From positions 7,118-71,117 of the IMG/VR virus record IMGVR_UViG_3300022745_000029: DNA of 64,000 nt. The stretch is one strand, 5' to 3'. Position 1 is the first letter of the stretch; the number at the start of each line of letters is the position of its first letter. The translations under genes were made by a program, and so were the position numbers. The notes beneath the pieces were generated by a model, which made no database searches, was not told the DNA's origin, and saw nothing but the letters and a program-made list of their open reading frames with translations. The DNA comes from a virus. Below are positions 53,552 through 63,225 of this stretch, in pieces.

Positions 53552-53814
53552 CCGATCCTCCAACGCTTGCGCTGCAGCTCAAGGTCTTGCTGGCAGGGCA
53601 CGCACCGGACCTTGCCCAAGGCAAGGCGCCCAGGCAGCAGGCCTTCCTCACACTCGACGCAGGCGGTGGTGGGCCAGCTGCCGTCGGCACGCTGGACCTG
53701 CTCGGCCCGCGCGGCCTGCTGTACGCAGGACACGGCGGCGTCGGTCAGGGTCTGGGCCAATGTGCTGGCCTGGTCCAGAATGTCCGCCTCGCGGACGCCA
53801 GCTTCGCGGCTCAC
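53548..53814 (-). CDS. TraR/DksA C4 zinc-finger protein
   Basis: ADILDQAS (DxxDxA), CVEC...RL....RCVPCQ; GTG start overlapping upstream stop. Confidence 0.8.
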   Translation of the reverse strand: MSREAGVREADILDQASTLAQTLTDAAVSCVQQAARAEQVQRADGSWPTTACVECEEGLLPGRLALGKVRCVPCQQDLELQRKRWRIG

Positions 53815-54287
53815 TTTTCCTCCGCCTGTGTGTTGAGGGCCGTGTGGTGGACCGGCTGCTTGTCGGCGTGACGGGTGAGGATCCCGTCGGCCAGCCCGTT
53901 CAGCCACGCCCGCCGCTCTGCCAGATTCGTCACCTTGGGCGGGCGGTCGTCCACCCAGTTGCCCCGGATCATGGAGTCGCGCAGGACCATGAGGCCGACG
54001 ATGGCCTTGGTGATGTGAGACAGGCCGCTGTCGGCGTCGATGTCCTCACCCTCCCACCAGTCGGCAAGGTGCCGCCCCACCACAGCGTCGAAGTAGACGC
54101 TGGCACGCACACCGGAGACGCGGTAGTTGTGCCGGCCGTACTTGGCGGCGCCCTCCAACATGGCCACGCCGCACTCGTTGACGACCGCAATGGGCAGGCA
54201 GGAGTACCCGGCCTTGCGGGTGCCTATCGCGTCCTTGGGGTTGGTGTCCTTAACCGGCTGAGGCGGCGCTTTCGGAGGTGTGTTCAT
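53811..54287 (-). CDS. DUF5664 dATP/dGTP diphosphohydrolase-domain protein
   Basis: NPKDAIG.RK, GAAKYGRHNYR, RHL..WWEGEDIDADSGLSH. Confidence 0.85.
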   Translation of the reverse strand: MNTPPKAPPQPVKDTNPKDAIGTRKAGYSCLPIAVVNECGVAMLEGAAKYGRHNYRVSGVRASVYFDAVVGRHLADWWEGEDIDADSGLSHITKAIVGLMVLRDSMIRGNWVDDRPPKVTNLAERRAWLNGLADGILTRHADKQPVHHTALNTQAEEK

Positions 54288-54516
54288 TGGCTTCTTTCTT
54301 GTTGTTCTTGTGGAGCCAGTTGAAGAACCTGCGCACAACGTAACCCCGAGCGATCGAGATGACGGTGAACAGGAGCGTGATCGTGAGGTTCTCGGCGAAG
54401 TTGGTCTGGATGTGCCAGACCGGCTTGACGATGAACTCCCATGTGAGAAGGCTCAGGACGAAGCCCGAGCCGGTGTTGAGCAGCTGCTCGATGAGTGAGC
54501 CCAGACGTGACTGCAT
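54250..54516 (-). CDS. small membrane protein often linked to nucleotide-metabolism genes
   Basis: MQSR..SLIE...N...G, FTVISIARGY.VRR.FN. Confidence 0.75.
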   Translation of the reverse strand: MQSRLGSLIEQLLNTGSGFVLSLLTWEFIVKPVWHIQTNFAENLTITLLFTVISIARGYVVRRFFNWLHKNNKKEANEHTSESAASAG

Positions 54517-55445
54517 CAGATGACCCCCTCACGAAGGTCCTGCAGGGCGCGGGCCCAGCGTTGGCGGGTCTCCGGCTTCTTGCCCATGCGGGGGTAGCGG
54601 ATGGCGTCGCCAAGGTGCCGGCGGAATTTCATGTTGTCCAGCACGGTGGGCACCAGCATCTGGTACACGTCGTGCAGGGGGGTCTCCGAGGTCTCCTCCG
54701 CCGTGAGGTACTCGGTGGCCTCGTCCAGCCGGGCCAGGCGCTGCATGGCGCCTTCTATCTGCTGCGCCACGGACACGGTGTAGCTGCCCACGGCGCTGGC
54801 TGCCCAGGCGTAGAAGGGGTCCAGCAGGTTGCGCACCGCCCACGCCAGGGGGTTGCGCAGGCGCTGCTCGGGCTGGGTCAGGTAGGCGTCCCAGTCGTAG
54901 CGCGGTGCCGGCGCTTTCACAAGCTGCTGCCGTGCGTTGCTCCAGACGGAGTCGGTGTTGAAGGCCATCACCCAGTCAAGGGTGTCGAGCACGACGCCGC
55001 CGCTGTCGTGGACGGGGCGGCGCTCGGTGTGGTGCAGGGCCATGGCGATGAACTGGGCGGCGGTGACCTGCCACATCTGTGAGGAGCGCATGGAGCGCCC
55101 GGAGACCCGCATCCAGGCTTCGCGCTGGCCCTGCTCCATGTAGGGCAGCAGGGCGCGCTCGCCTCCGCGCTCGCCCCGCACCACACCCTCCACGAAGCAC
55201 TCGTAGAGGTGGGCCAGGATGTCGGTGTCGGCCTGCAGGTGGGGGACCGCCCACTCGTAGACGGCGCCAGCTTTGCTGGCGTCGAAGACGTTGTAGCCGG
55301 GCAGGGACACGGGGTGGTACGCTTCGGGGTTGTCTGCAGCCCACCGGGCCTCTTCCTGAACCTCCTCCAGGAGGCCCGCCCTGTGCAGGCGGGACAGGAG
55401 GAGGTTCAGGGCCCGGGAAGACGCGTCGGGGTTAGCCAGCCGCAT
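54516..55445 (-). CDS. hypothetical protein (309 aa)
   Basis: Long ORF with coding-like bias, overlapping neighbours; no family recognised. Confidence 0.7.
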   Translation of the reverse strand: MRLANPDASSRALNLLLSRLHRAGLLEEVQEEARWAADNPEAYHPVSLPGYNVFDASKAGAVYEWAVPHLQADTDILAHLYECFVEGVVRGERGGERALLPYMEQGQREAWMRVSGRSMRSSQMWQVTAAQFIAMALHHTERRPVHDSGGVVLDTLDWVMAFNTDSVWSNARQQLVKAPAPRYDWDAYLTQPEQRLRNPLAWAVRNLLDPFYAWAASAVGSYTVSVAQQIEGAMQRLARLDEATEYLTAEETSETPLHDVYQMLVPTVLDNMKFRRHLGDAIRYPRMGKKPETRQRWARALQDLREGVI

Positions 55446-56064
55446 GTTCCAGCGTCGCCCGTTCAGCCGGCAGGTCGCGGTTCAGCGCGCGCTCTGCGGA
55501 GAAGTGGATGCCGTTGTAGCGCTTGAGCAGCTTGGCCACGTTGACGCGCTGTACGTCTTTTTGCGAGGGGGCTGCGGCCCCTGCAAACTCATCGGGGAGG
55601 ATGCGGATGAGGGCAAGGTTGGCGTAGTCTACGGCCAGACGCTTCTGCCCTTCCGTGGGCTCTTTCCCGTAGCCCACCCAGCGCTTGGCCATGTCCAGCA
55701 GCTCGGTCGCTGCGAAGCGCGCGACTGCGGCGTAGCCGGCCGCGACCACGGCGTCGGGGGCCTCCAGCGCGGCCCGTGCCATACGCACGTCTTCGTTACC
55801 GGCGGGGTCGCCGACAACCTGGCGCAGGGCCTCAGCGTAAAACTGGCAGTCGCCGATTTCTTCAATCAGGTTGGTGAAGTCCGTGGCGATCTGCGCCTCG
55901 TGCACTTCAGTGGCCACGCCGAGGGCGGCATGGATGAAGTCGTCGCGCTGACTGCCAGAGGAGTTGAACAGGCTTTTCACAAAGCCCGAGTAGCCGATGG
56001 TGGAGAAAACTTCGTCGACGGTAAGGCCGACGGGCGCAGATGCGCCCTGTTGGGTATCACTCAT
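55432..56064 (-). CDS. MazG-like nucleotide pyrophosphohydrolase (duplicated domain)
   Basis: HAALGVATEVHE, EEIGDCQFY, ELLDMAKR...YGK, NVAKLLKRY. Confidence 0.8.
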   Translation of the reverse strand: MSDTQQGASAPVGLTVDEVFSTIGYSGFVKSLFNSSGSQRDDFIHAALGVATEVHEAQIATDFTNLIEEIGDCQFYAEALRQVVGDPAGNEDVRMARAALEAPDAVVAAGYAAVARFAATELLDMAKRWVGYGKEPTEGQKRLAVDYANLALIRILPDEFAGAAAPSQKDVQRVNVAKLLKRYNGIHFSAERALNRDLPAERATLEHAAG

Positions 56065-56074
56065 GTTTTTCTTC

Positions 56075-56761
56075 TTATTGGAGAGCGAGGTTGATAGTGT
56101 AGCGCATGTCTGCGTCGAGGTCTTTCATCTCGCGCAGCATCCACTTGAGGTAGCTCTTGGGCACCGAGTCAAAGGGCTCACCCTTGTGCTTGCCGAAGGG
56201 CATCATCAGGATCTGCATAGGAGCCCGGGACGCTTCAACAAGTTGGGGCAAGGTCATGCCGGTGCGCTCGCAAATGTGCTTGGCGAGGTGCATGGCAGAG
56301 TAGACATCGGCCATGGCGCGGTGAGCGCCCAATGACCGCGGGAGTCCCAGCGAGAAGATCAGAGTGCTGAGCTTGTGGTCGTCGGCGTGCGGGTAGAGCT
56401 TGCGCACCCACCGCAACGTGCAGACTTCCTCGAACCCATTGGCCACGTAGGGCCCAATGGTGTGTGTATCGAAACTCACCCGATGCCCGATCAAGGCGGC
56501 CGGCCCTTCCAGCAGGCCGCCGTAGCACGAAGGGTCGATGTCGCTAAAAAACTCCCCCAAGGTGGGGGAGTTGGCGACGTCGTCGTTGGTCAGGCCGTGC
56601 ACACCGGATGCCGACGGGGAGATCATCTTCTCGGGGTCAATGAGGCTTTGCCGCTCTGCCAAGATGTTGAAGTTTTCGTCTATCCTGGCGATGGCAACTT
56701 CCACGACCCCGCGGGTCGGGTCCGCGTCGGTGGTTTCGGTGTCGATGATGTAGTAGTGCAT
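56075..56761 (-). CDS. DnaQ/DEDDh 3'-5' exonuclease (exonuclease X-like)
   Basis: IIDTETT, GHRVSFD, AHRAMADV; C-terminal MPFGKHKG..VPKSYLKW. Confidence 0.88.
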   Translation of the reverse strand: MHYYIIDTETTDADPTRGVVEVAIARIDENFNILAERQSLIDPEKMISPSASGVHGLTNDDVANSPTLGEFFSDIDPSCYGGLLEGPAALIGHRVSFDTHTIGPYVANGFEEVCTLRWVRKLYPHADDHKLSTLIFSLGLPRSLGAHRAMADVYSAMHLAKHICERTGMTLPQLVEASRAPMQILMMPFGKHKGEPFDSVPKSYLKWMLREMKDLDADMRYTINLALQ

Positions 56762-56796
56762 ATGCGCAGCGGGAGGGCCGAAGCCCCCCGTCGTCA

Positions 56797-57630
56797 TCAG
56801 ATCTTGGCCGGCAGTTCCGACACGATCTTCAGCTTGGTCCACTCGTTGTCACCCTTCGCCGCCGCTTCCCGCAGGAAGAAGAAAGTGAAAGGATCTTCCG
56901 GCAGCTTGAACCCCGGCAGGCCCATGGACACCGCGCGGGCGGTGTCGTTCAGGCTCTGCTGGTAGCGCGAGAAGGCCGGGATGGACGACTTGGACAGCGT
57001 CACCTGGATGACCGTGCCCACGGGGCCGTCACCGGAGTCCGTGCCCAGCAGGGCGCAGGCCGTGTCGATGAACGGCCGCATGACCGCCTTCCCGAAGCCT
57101 TCGCCTTCCTTGTCGTCACGTAGGTAGTCCAGGTACTCCTGGCAGGGCTTGCCGACCCAGCTCTTCTGCTCTTCGCCGATCACCGAGTCAATGACCTTGC
57201 CGTCCTTGGAGTAGGCGACGAAGTTCTTGCTGGCCTGCGACTGCTCACCGGGCGTAATCTGGTAGCTATCGTCCCACGACATCAGGCGTACCTTGGCCCA
57301 GCGGCCCAGGCTGACCTTCTGGCCGCCGTCTTCGCCCTTGATCTCGCCGTTGTTGCCCTTGAACTGGATGTAGTTGCCGTAGCTGAAGTCGCTGGCGCCC
57401 TTCATCTCCTTGACCTCGCGCTCGAAGGCCTTGGCCTGCGCTGCGGCTTCCTGCACGCTCAGGGACGTGGCGGATGCCTTGGCGATGGCCATGGTGGCGG
57501 TGGCCGCAGCGGACTCCGGAGCAGCGGGCGCCGCAGCAGGAGCCGACGCCGGAGCTGCAGCGGGCGCTGCGGCTTCCTTGGTGGCGGTGTTGTTGTCGTT
57601 GGTGTCAGTGGTCTTTTTTCCGAGTGCCAT
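56797..57630 (-). CDS. putative single-stranded DNA-binding protein
   Basis: Position in replication module, Ala/Pro N-terminal linker, beta-rich core; function by inference. Confidence 0.45.
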   Translation of the reverse strand: MALGKKTTDTNDNNTATKEAAAPAAAPASAPAAAPAAPESAAATATMAIAKASATSLSVQEAAAQAKAFEREVKEMKGASDFSYGNYIQFKGNNGEIKGEDGGQKVSLGRWAKVRLMSWDDSYQITPGEQSQASKNFVAYSKDGKVIDSVIGEEQKSWVGKPCQEYLDYLRDDKEGEGFGKAVMRPFIDTACALLGTDSGDGPVGTVIQVTLSKSSIPAFSRYQQSLNDTARAVSMGLPGFKLPEDPFTFFFLREAAAKGDNEWTKLKIVSELPAKI

Positions 57631-57679
57631 GGTAATTTCCTTTGAAATGGCTTTGGTTTGCTTCTTTTCTCAGCGCTGC

Positions 57680-60622
57680 TCAAGCTCTTGTCTTGAACAG
57701 CTCCACTCCTTCCGCTTGCAACTTTTCAAGGTTGAGGCGGAAGACTCTCGCTTTCCCGTTTCCATCGCGTAACGGGCTATCGAAAGACAGGCGGTCCACC
57801 GTCGCAGGGAACTTCTGCATTGCGGCGGTGAACGTGTCAGCACTGGTGTACAGGGGCTGGATGCCCTTGCGCTTGCACCAGGCGTAATACTTGATGTAGC
57901 TCTCGCGCATCAGGAGCTCCAGGACACCGTCGCGGACGATGTATTCCTTGGCCTCGCGGATGGCGAATTCGCTGTCGGGGCCCTCGGTGCGGGAGATCAG
58001 CGCCATGTCGTTGAGCACCTTGGCGGGCTCGTTCATGGCGATCGAGTTGATCTCGTCATCCGAACCTTGGGTTCCGCCCAGCAGCAGCGAGTTGCGCAGC
58101 ATGGTGAAGTCTTCGGCGAAGCGCTCGCCAAAGCGCGTGGCCACGCACTGCGCCACGAAGTCCAGGCCGGCCACGGCCACCGCAAGGTTATGCACCTGGC
58201 GGTCGTGCACGCCCCGGTGGGCGGCGGCCCGGATCTGGGCGCGCAGCGGGTCCAGCGCGGCGCGCCGGCTCTCTACCGTCTCTCCGGTCACACGCTCACC
58301 GGTCTCGTCGTACGAGCCCAGCGTGGCCAGCAGGAGCAGCTTGCCCAGTTGCGGCATGAACTTGACGCCGGCCTGCGCCACCGCCCAATGCTCGCCACGC
58401 CCGGCCTTGTTGGCCTCGGTGAACGAGACCGGCAGGCACCGGTGCACGATGGCCGTCTGCATCTCCTGCGCCTCGGCGATGAACACCGTGGGTGTGGAGA
58501 AGGTGTAGGTCGTGACGTCGCGGAACGAGTTCTCGGTGCTGCCCCGGGTCATACCCCCGCTGGCGCCCTGCTGCTGGTTGTACTGCAAGCGGAACTGCGT
58601 CTGGTAGCGGTCCAGTACGTCCTTGCGCATCTCCGACGGCTTGTACTCGTCAAGGATGAGGGGGATGCTGGCACTGCCGGCCAAGGCCGCTTTCAAGGAG
58701 AAAGCAGTCGTGTTCAGGCAGTTGTAGACCAGGGGGCGCGCGGTGTTGTAGAACAGGCGCACGAATAAGCTGTTGGTCTGCGTCTTGCCCGAGCCAGCAA
58801 GGCCATTCGGGTGCAGCAGCGGGAACTCGCCGTAGGCTTCCTGGTAGAACTGCTTGTGGAAGCAGCTGGCGTACCACCCGAGCATGCTGCCAACGACGGC
58901 TGGGCTGTTGACGCGCAGCAGATGGTGCAACCACTCCTCAGCCTCTGGCGAGGCAGCAAGCGCCGCGCAGTGGTGGATGTCGCTGCCGAACATCCCCTGG
59001 GTGGCCACCTGCGAGGTGAACTTGTAGGTCACGCCCTCGCGGTTGTCTGGCGGCACCACCTCGTCGGTGGCCACCCACAGCACGTCCTTCACAATGCGGT
59101 CGATGATGGCGGGGTTCTGCACCACGTCCAGCCCTTCCTTGTGGACGGTATAGATCACACGGTTTCCTTTCTTCGCAGAGCGCGAAAGCATGAGCTGCAC
59201 GACACCCGCCTGTGTGTCGGAGCCGGAGAAGACACCGCCGAACGCGGTGCACATGGCGCTCAGGGCGCTGCGGGACGTGAAGTCGCGCATCTTCAGAGAG
59301 CGCCGCCCCATGGACTTACCGTCGGACGTGACGCCCACCTCCATGCCCAGCAGCAGCCCGTCGGTGGAGTCCATCAACAGGGACGGCTTGCTGAACCCGA
59401 TGTTGCTGATCTTGCGGGCGCCCTCTGCGGTGCGGCGGTAGATGCCAGTGCGGGTCATGAACAACCCTTCCACCAGCGAACCGTCCGCGGCCTGCGCCTC
59501 GTCAAGCAGCTCCTGCGGGAGCGCGTCTGCCTCGTCTTCGCCCTCGTCGTTGTCGGGGACGTGGCCAAGGCCTACCGACTCCGACACGCCGTCAAGGTCG
59601 CTGGTCGGGGTGTCCACGTCCAGCAGCGAGCGGATGCCGCCCCGGGAGTAGGAGTAGCAGGGGTTGTCGTGGGTGTAGTCCCACATGCGGCGCAGCTCTT
59701 CACGGCGCTTGCGGGGTGAGCCGTAGCGCGCGGAGTCGCCGGCGTGATTCTTGACCAGCCCGTCGCAGGCCTCGACCAATTGGTCGGCGGTCTTGCCCAG
59801 TGCGTTGGCCGTGATGGCCAGTTGCATGGCGACCTTCTGGAACCCGACCCCGGGCACCAGGTTCTCGCCGCGCATCACCCGCTCGACGCTGGGCGGGAAC
59901 TGGCCCTTGAACTTGGCCAACAACTGCTCGTCCTGGCTCGCCTTGGCGCGGCGCTTGAGCCCGCCCTCTGTGCGCTCCACGCCCTTCTGGAACATGGCCG
60001 CGAGGGCTGTGTTCAGCGTGGGCAGCTCGCGCATGGGTTCAGGGCGCGGCGCGGAGCACAGCTCGTTGTAGAGCTCGGGCGTCATGGCGAACGCCTCGCT
60101 CACAAGGATCGGCACCTTGAACTTGCCGTTGCTGCGCTCTACACCGGGCGTGCGCCACATGCGGCCACGGCGCCCGGTGTAGACACGCAGGTCCAGCGTG
60201 TCCACGACCATGGCGAAGGCCATCTCCTTGTAGATGTAGGGCAGGGCGGTGGTGCCCGTCTTGGATATCTTCGGGATGAAGACCGGCTGCGGGATTTCCA
60301 GGTGGAAACCCCGACCGCCGGTGGCGTACAGCCTCAGGCTCTCCAGCACCACACCCATCTCTTGCAGGTTGCGCAGGAAGAGCTGGAATTGCGGGATGGT
60401 TTGCGAGATGTCCTCGGCGTCCCAATCGAAATACAGCGGGCCGCTGTACTTCATTTTTGCGTATTCGTCCCGGTCCCAAGTGGCTTCGGGGGAGCTGTAC
60501 GCGTCCAGCACGGTCACGAAGGCCGGCTTTTGCTCCTGAATGATTTTGTCCCGGTGCTCGCCCAAGGCTTCACGCCATTGGTCTTCGCCTCCGGTAATCT
60601 GATACCAGAAGTAGGATGACAT
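57680..60622 (-). CDS. primase-helicase-like replication protein
   Basis: LYFDWD and TGGRGFHL (AEP-type primase); GLAGSGKT and LILDE (P-loop NTPase). Confidence 0.8.
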   Translation of the reverse strand: MSSYFWYQITGGEDQWREALGEHRDKIIQEQKPAFVTVLDAYSSPEATWDRDEYAKMKYSGPLYFDWDAEDISQTIPQFQLFLRNLQEMGVVLESLRLYATGGRGFHLEIPQPVFIPKISKTGTTALPYIYKEMAFAMVVDTLDLRVYTGRRGRMWRTPGVERSNGKFKVPILVSEAFAMTPELYNELCSAPRPEPMRELPTLNTALAAMFQKGVERTEGGLKRRAKASQDEQLLAKFKGQFPPSVERVMRGENLVPGVGFQKVAMQLAITANALGKTADQLVEACDGLVKNHAGDSARYGSPRKRREELRRMWDYTHDNPCYSYSRGGIRSLLDVDTPTSDLDGVSESVGLGHVPDNDEGEDEADALPQELLDEAQAADGSLVEGLFMTRTGIYRRTAEGARKISNIGFSKPSLLMDSTDGLLLGMEVGVTSDGKSMGRRSLKMRDFTSRSALSAMCTAFGGVFSGSDTQAGVVQLMLSRSAKKGNRVIYTVHKEGLDVVQNPAIIDRIVKDVLWVATDEVVPPDNREGVTYKFTSQVATQGMFGSDIHHCAALAASPEAEEWLHHLLRVNSPAVVGSMLGWYASCFHKQFYQEAYGEFPLLHPNGLAGSGKTQTNSLFVRLFYNTARPLVYNCLNTTAFSLKAALAGSASIPLILDEYKPSEMRKDVLDRYQTQFRLQYNQQQGASGGMTRGSTENSFRDVTTYTFSTPTVFIAEAQEMQTAIVHRCLPVSFTEANKAGRGEHWAVAQAGVKFMPQLGKLLLLATLGSYDETGERVTGETVESRRAALDPLRAQIRAAAHRGVHDRQVHNLAVAVAGLDFVAQCVATRFGERFAEDFTMLRNSLLLGGTQGSDDEINSIAMNEPAKVLNDMALISRTEGPDSEFAIREAKEYIVRDGVLELLMRESYIKYYAWCKRKGIQPLYTSADTFTAAMQKFPATVDRLSFDSPLRDGNGKARVFRLNLEKLQAEGVELFKTRA

Positions 60623-60765
60623 TCGAGCGCCTCAGACTGCGGGGTCAGGGCGCTCGACGCGTGCAAATTCTTTCTGGGGGGACTGTGGTGCGGGGGCCGC
60701 ACCGTTGGTGATCTTGTTCATCTCTGCCCACTTATTCTTTTTGTTATCGGGTCAGTGAAGCGGCC

Positions 60766-61284
60766 TCAGTACCTGACTTTGTCCAGGAATCCCGGGAACC
60801 GCTCCCTGAATTTATTCAGGGTCGCACAGTACGTGTGCCCCTCGATCTGCCGTAGTTCTTTGCTACGAGTTTTGATCAGCACTGCGTAATGGGGAACGAA
60901 TTGTACCCCACTCCCCGGAACCTGCTTGCCACTCCACTTCAAGGTGAAGTTCTGCGGCACGTGCAAAAACAGGTCCCGGTTGCCCCACCGGGTAGGTACG
61001 CAGCTGATGCGAACCTTTTTGCTTCCCTCGGCCACCACGACCTCGGGGCCGTTGACGCGATCGATGGTGATGTCGCCCAGGCGCAACATGGTCTGGTCGA
61101 CCGGCTGCCCGTTCTGCAGTGTGTACGCCACCAGGTAGCGGTTGGGGAAGGCCGCCTCGATGCTGAGGGCCCCGTAGGATTTGTACTCGGCACGCTCTCG
61201 TGGGAGCATCAGCCCCACCAGCGCTTCGAGGCTTTTGCCGTCGTCTAGAAATTGCCCACCCCGATCCCCGGAATCAGCCGCCAT
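60766..61284 (-). CDS. hypothetical protein
   Basis: Start after AAGGAG RBS, overlapping helicase stop. Confidence 0.65.
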   Translation of the reverse strand: MAADSGDRGGQFLDDGKSLEALVGLMLPRERAEYKSYGALSIEAAFPNRYLVAYTLQNGQPVDQTMLRLGDITIDRVNGPEVVVAEGSKKVRISCVPTRWGNRDLFLHVPQNFTLKWSGKQVPGSGVQFVPHYAVLIKTRSKELRQIEGHTYCATLNKFRERFPGFLDKVRY

Positions 61285-62689
61285 AAAGTTGCTCCTTGAG
61301 CGTTTTGAAACTCCCCTGCACCGAGCTGACGAGTGCATCGTTGCTCAGCAGGTCCCTGAATAACCCCACCTGAAGGGTTCCTTGAGCTACAGCAATGCGC
61401 ACGTTGACAGGCTCGGTCTGGCCGTCCCGGTCAAGGCGCTTGACCACCTGTTCGTAGTCTTTGGGCGCTGTTGGGCACTCAATAATGAGCATATCAGAGC
61501 AGACATGCTGGAGCCCGTCAACGCCGAAACCCCCAGACCCGGGCTGGATACCCAAAACCCGGCACGTGGGGTCTTCGATGAAACGCTGGATGTTGCGCTG
61601 GCGCTGCGCGTCCGTGGTCTCGCCGTAGATGGCCACGGCGTTGTAGGCGGCCAGGTGCTTGGTGATGGACCGGCTGGTCGGCCGAAACCAGGTCACCACC
61701 ACCAGCTTCTTCTCGCCGAGGCTGTCCAGCTCGTTTTTGATGAGGTCCCAGACGGCGCTGACCTTGTCGGGGTCATCGTCGTACTCGCCCCAGTTGCAGA
61801 CGACCTGCTGCAGCGCGGCGCGCAGGGCGCCGGCGGAAATGGCGTTGATCTCCTTGCCGTTCTCCAGCTCGACCAGGCGCTCGTCGGCAATGCGCTTGTA
61901 GAGGCGCATGTGGGCGGGGTCGAGCTCGTAGGGGATGATCTGCGGCGGCGGGTCCGCTGGCAAGTCCTTGCGCACCTGGCGCCGGAACAGGCGCGAGGTG
62001 TTGATCTTCATGTTCTCGGCCAGCAGCTCAAGGTTGACCCACTCCCGCGCGTTGCCGTAGTCGTCGTAGCCGGCGACGTGGAGCTTCTCGAAGTGGCGCT
62101 GGTTGCGGTACACGCCGGGCGCCACAAGCCGGATGTAGGCGTAGGCGTCGCCGGGCTTGGTCAAGGGCGTGCCCGTCAGCAGGATCAGCGGGCGGCCCTC
62201 GGCGAAGAGCTTGACTGCCTTGTGGTTGTCGCTCTTGATGTTCTTGATGGCGTGGGCCTCGTCGGCAATGATGCCGACGCGCTTGTGCTCGAAGAACGAG
62301 AACAGGGTGTCGAAGTCGTTCTTGAACAGCCCGTAGGACATGAGCAGGAAGTCCTGGTCCAGCGGGATGTTACGGCGCTGCTTGGGTGTGCCCTGGTAGC
62401 GAACCACGTCAAGGGGTACGCCGGTGGTCTTGTCGGAGATCGACTTGAGCCAGCGTTCCCACTGCAGCAGCAGGATCGGCGGCATCAGCACGATCCAGTG
62501 GTTGATGTCGGCCTGCAGGCTCAGCCAGAGGGCGTGGTGGGTGGAGACGGCAGTTTTGCCCGTACCTGGCTCCCAGTAGTACCCGGGCCGGTCATGGGTG
62601 GCAAGATCTTCAAATTCGTCAGATTGGTAGGGTCGCAGTGAAAACGGAAACGCGAACTGCTCCCTGACCGCTTCGTATGGCGATGTCAT
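61274..62689 (-). CDS. SNF2-family (SF2) helicase
   Basis: LRPYQ, EPGTGKT, IADEAH, LTGTP, Q...RLDRDGQ. Confidence 0.9.
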   Translation of the reverse strand: MTSPYEAVREQFAFPFSLRPYQSDEFEDLATHDRPGYYWEPGTGKTAVSTHHALWLSLQADINHWIVLMPPILLLQWERWLKSISDKTTGVPLDVVRYQGTPKQRRNIPLDQDFLLMSYGLFKNDFDTLFSFFEHKRVGIIADEAHAIKNIKSDNHKAVKLFAEGRPLILLTGTPLTKPGDAYAYIRLVAPGVYRNQRHFEKLHVAGYDDYGNAREWVNLELLAENMKINTSRLFRRQVRKDLPADPPPQIIPYELDPAHMRLYKRIADERLVELENGKEINAISAGALRAALQQVVCNWGEYDDDPDKVSAVWDLIKNELDSLGEKKLVVVTWFRPTSRSITKHLAAYNAVAIYGETTDAQRQRNIQRFIEDPTCRVLGIQPGSGGFGVDGLQHVCSDMLIIECPTAPKDYEQVVKRLDRDGQTEPVNVRIAVAQGTLQVGLFRDLLSNDALVSSVQGSFKTLKEQLYGG

Positions 62690-62716
62690 TGTTGTGCTTC
62701 GGGAGTTGGAGGAACA

Positions 62717-63154
62717 TCAGGCGCTCGGGGCGGAGAAGATGCGTGTGAGGTGCTGCAGGGCCAGCGCGGTGTTGCCGATGGGGGCGTCCAGCAGCGGATC
62801 GTTGGGCTCGGCCCAGCGGGCGCGCTGCTGGACGGTGTTCACCCACGGCAGGCCGTAGGCGGCGAACATTGGCAGGCTGCGCACCAGCCTGGGCTGCAGC
62901 ACAAACACCGCGTGGTAGAACTGCTCGGGCAGTTTGTTCAGGTGCTTGCGCAACTCGTGGTTACGCGCCGTCTCACGCACATGGGTCGTGAACTTGGGGT
63001 CCGACGCCTGAGGCGTCGCGTCGTAGTTGTGCGACACCCAGGCAAGGTTCCACGCCAGCGGGTCGTCGCGCAGGAACGGCGACTGGGCCGGCCCGACCCG
63101 AAGGTCGAGCAGGTTGCGGCTGTAGTACTCAATGGGTTGAGGGGAATATCTCAA
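62717..63154 (-). CDS. hypothetical protein
   Basis: 145 aa ORF with AAAGGA RBS and TTG start. Confidence 0.6.
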   Translation of the reverse strand: MRYSPQPIEYYSRNLLDLRVGPAQSPFLRDDPLAWNLAWVSHNYDATPQASDPKFTTHVRETARNHELRKHLNKLPEQFYHAVFVLQPRLVRSLPMFAAYGLPWVNTVQQRARWAEPNDPLLDAPIGNTALALQHLTRIFSAPSA

Positions 63155-63225
63155 TGGGTTCCTTTCTGCTCGTGGTATTACCTGACGTAGAATCTTGTTG
63201 ATATTTTTGACAACCTTCGTTGATT

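Noticed and set aside
53811-56064. 2-aminoadenine (Z) genome or deazaguanine pathway
   Set aside because: No PurZ, DatZ, Que/FolE or DpdA-like gene recognised in the window; DUF5664 and MazG alone are insufficient
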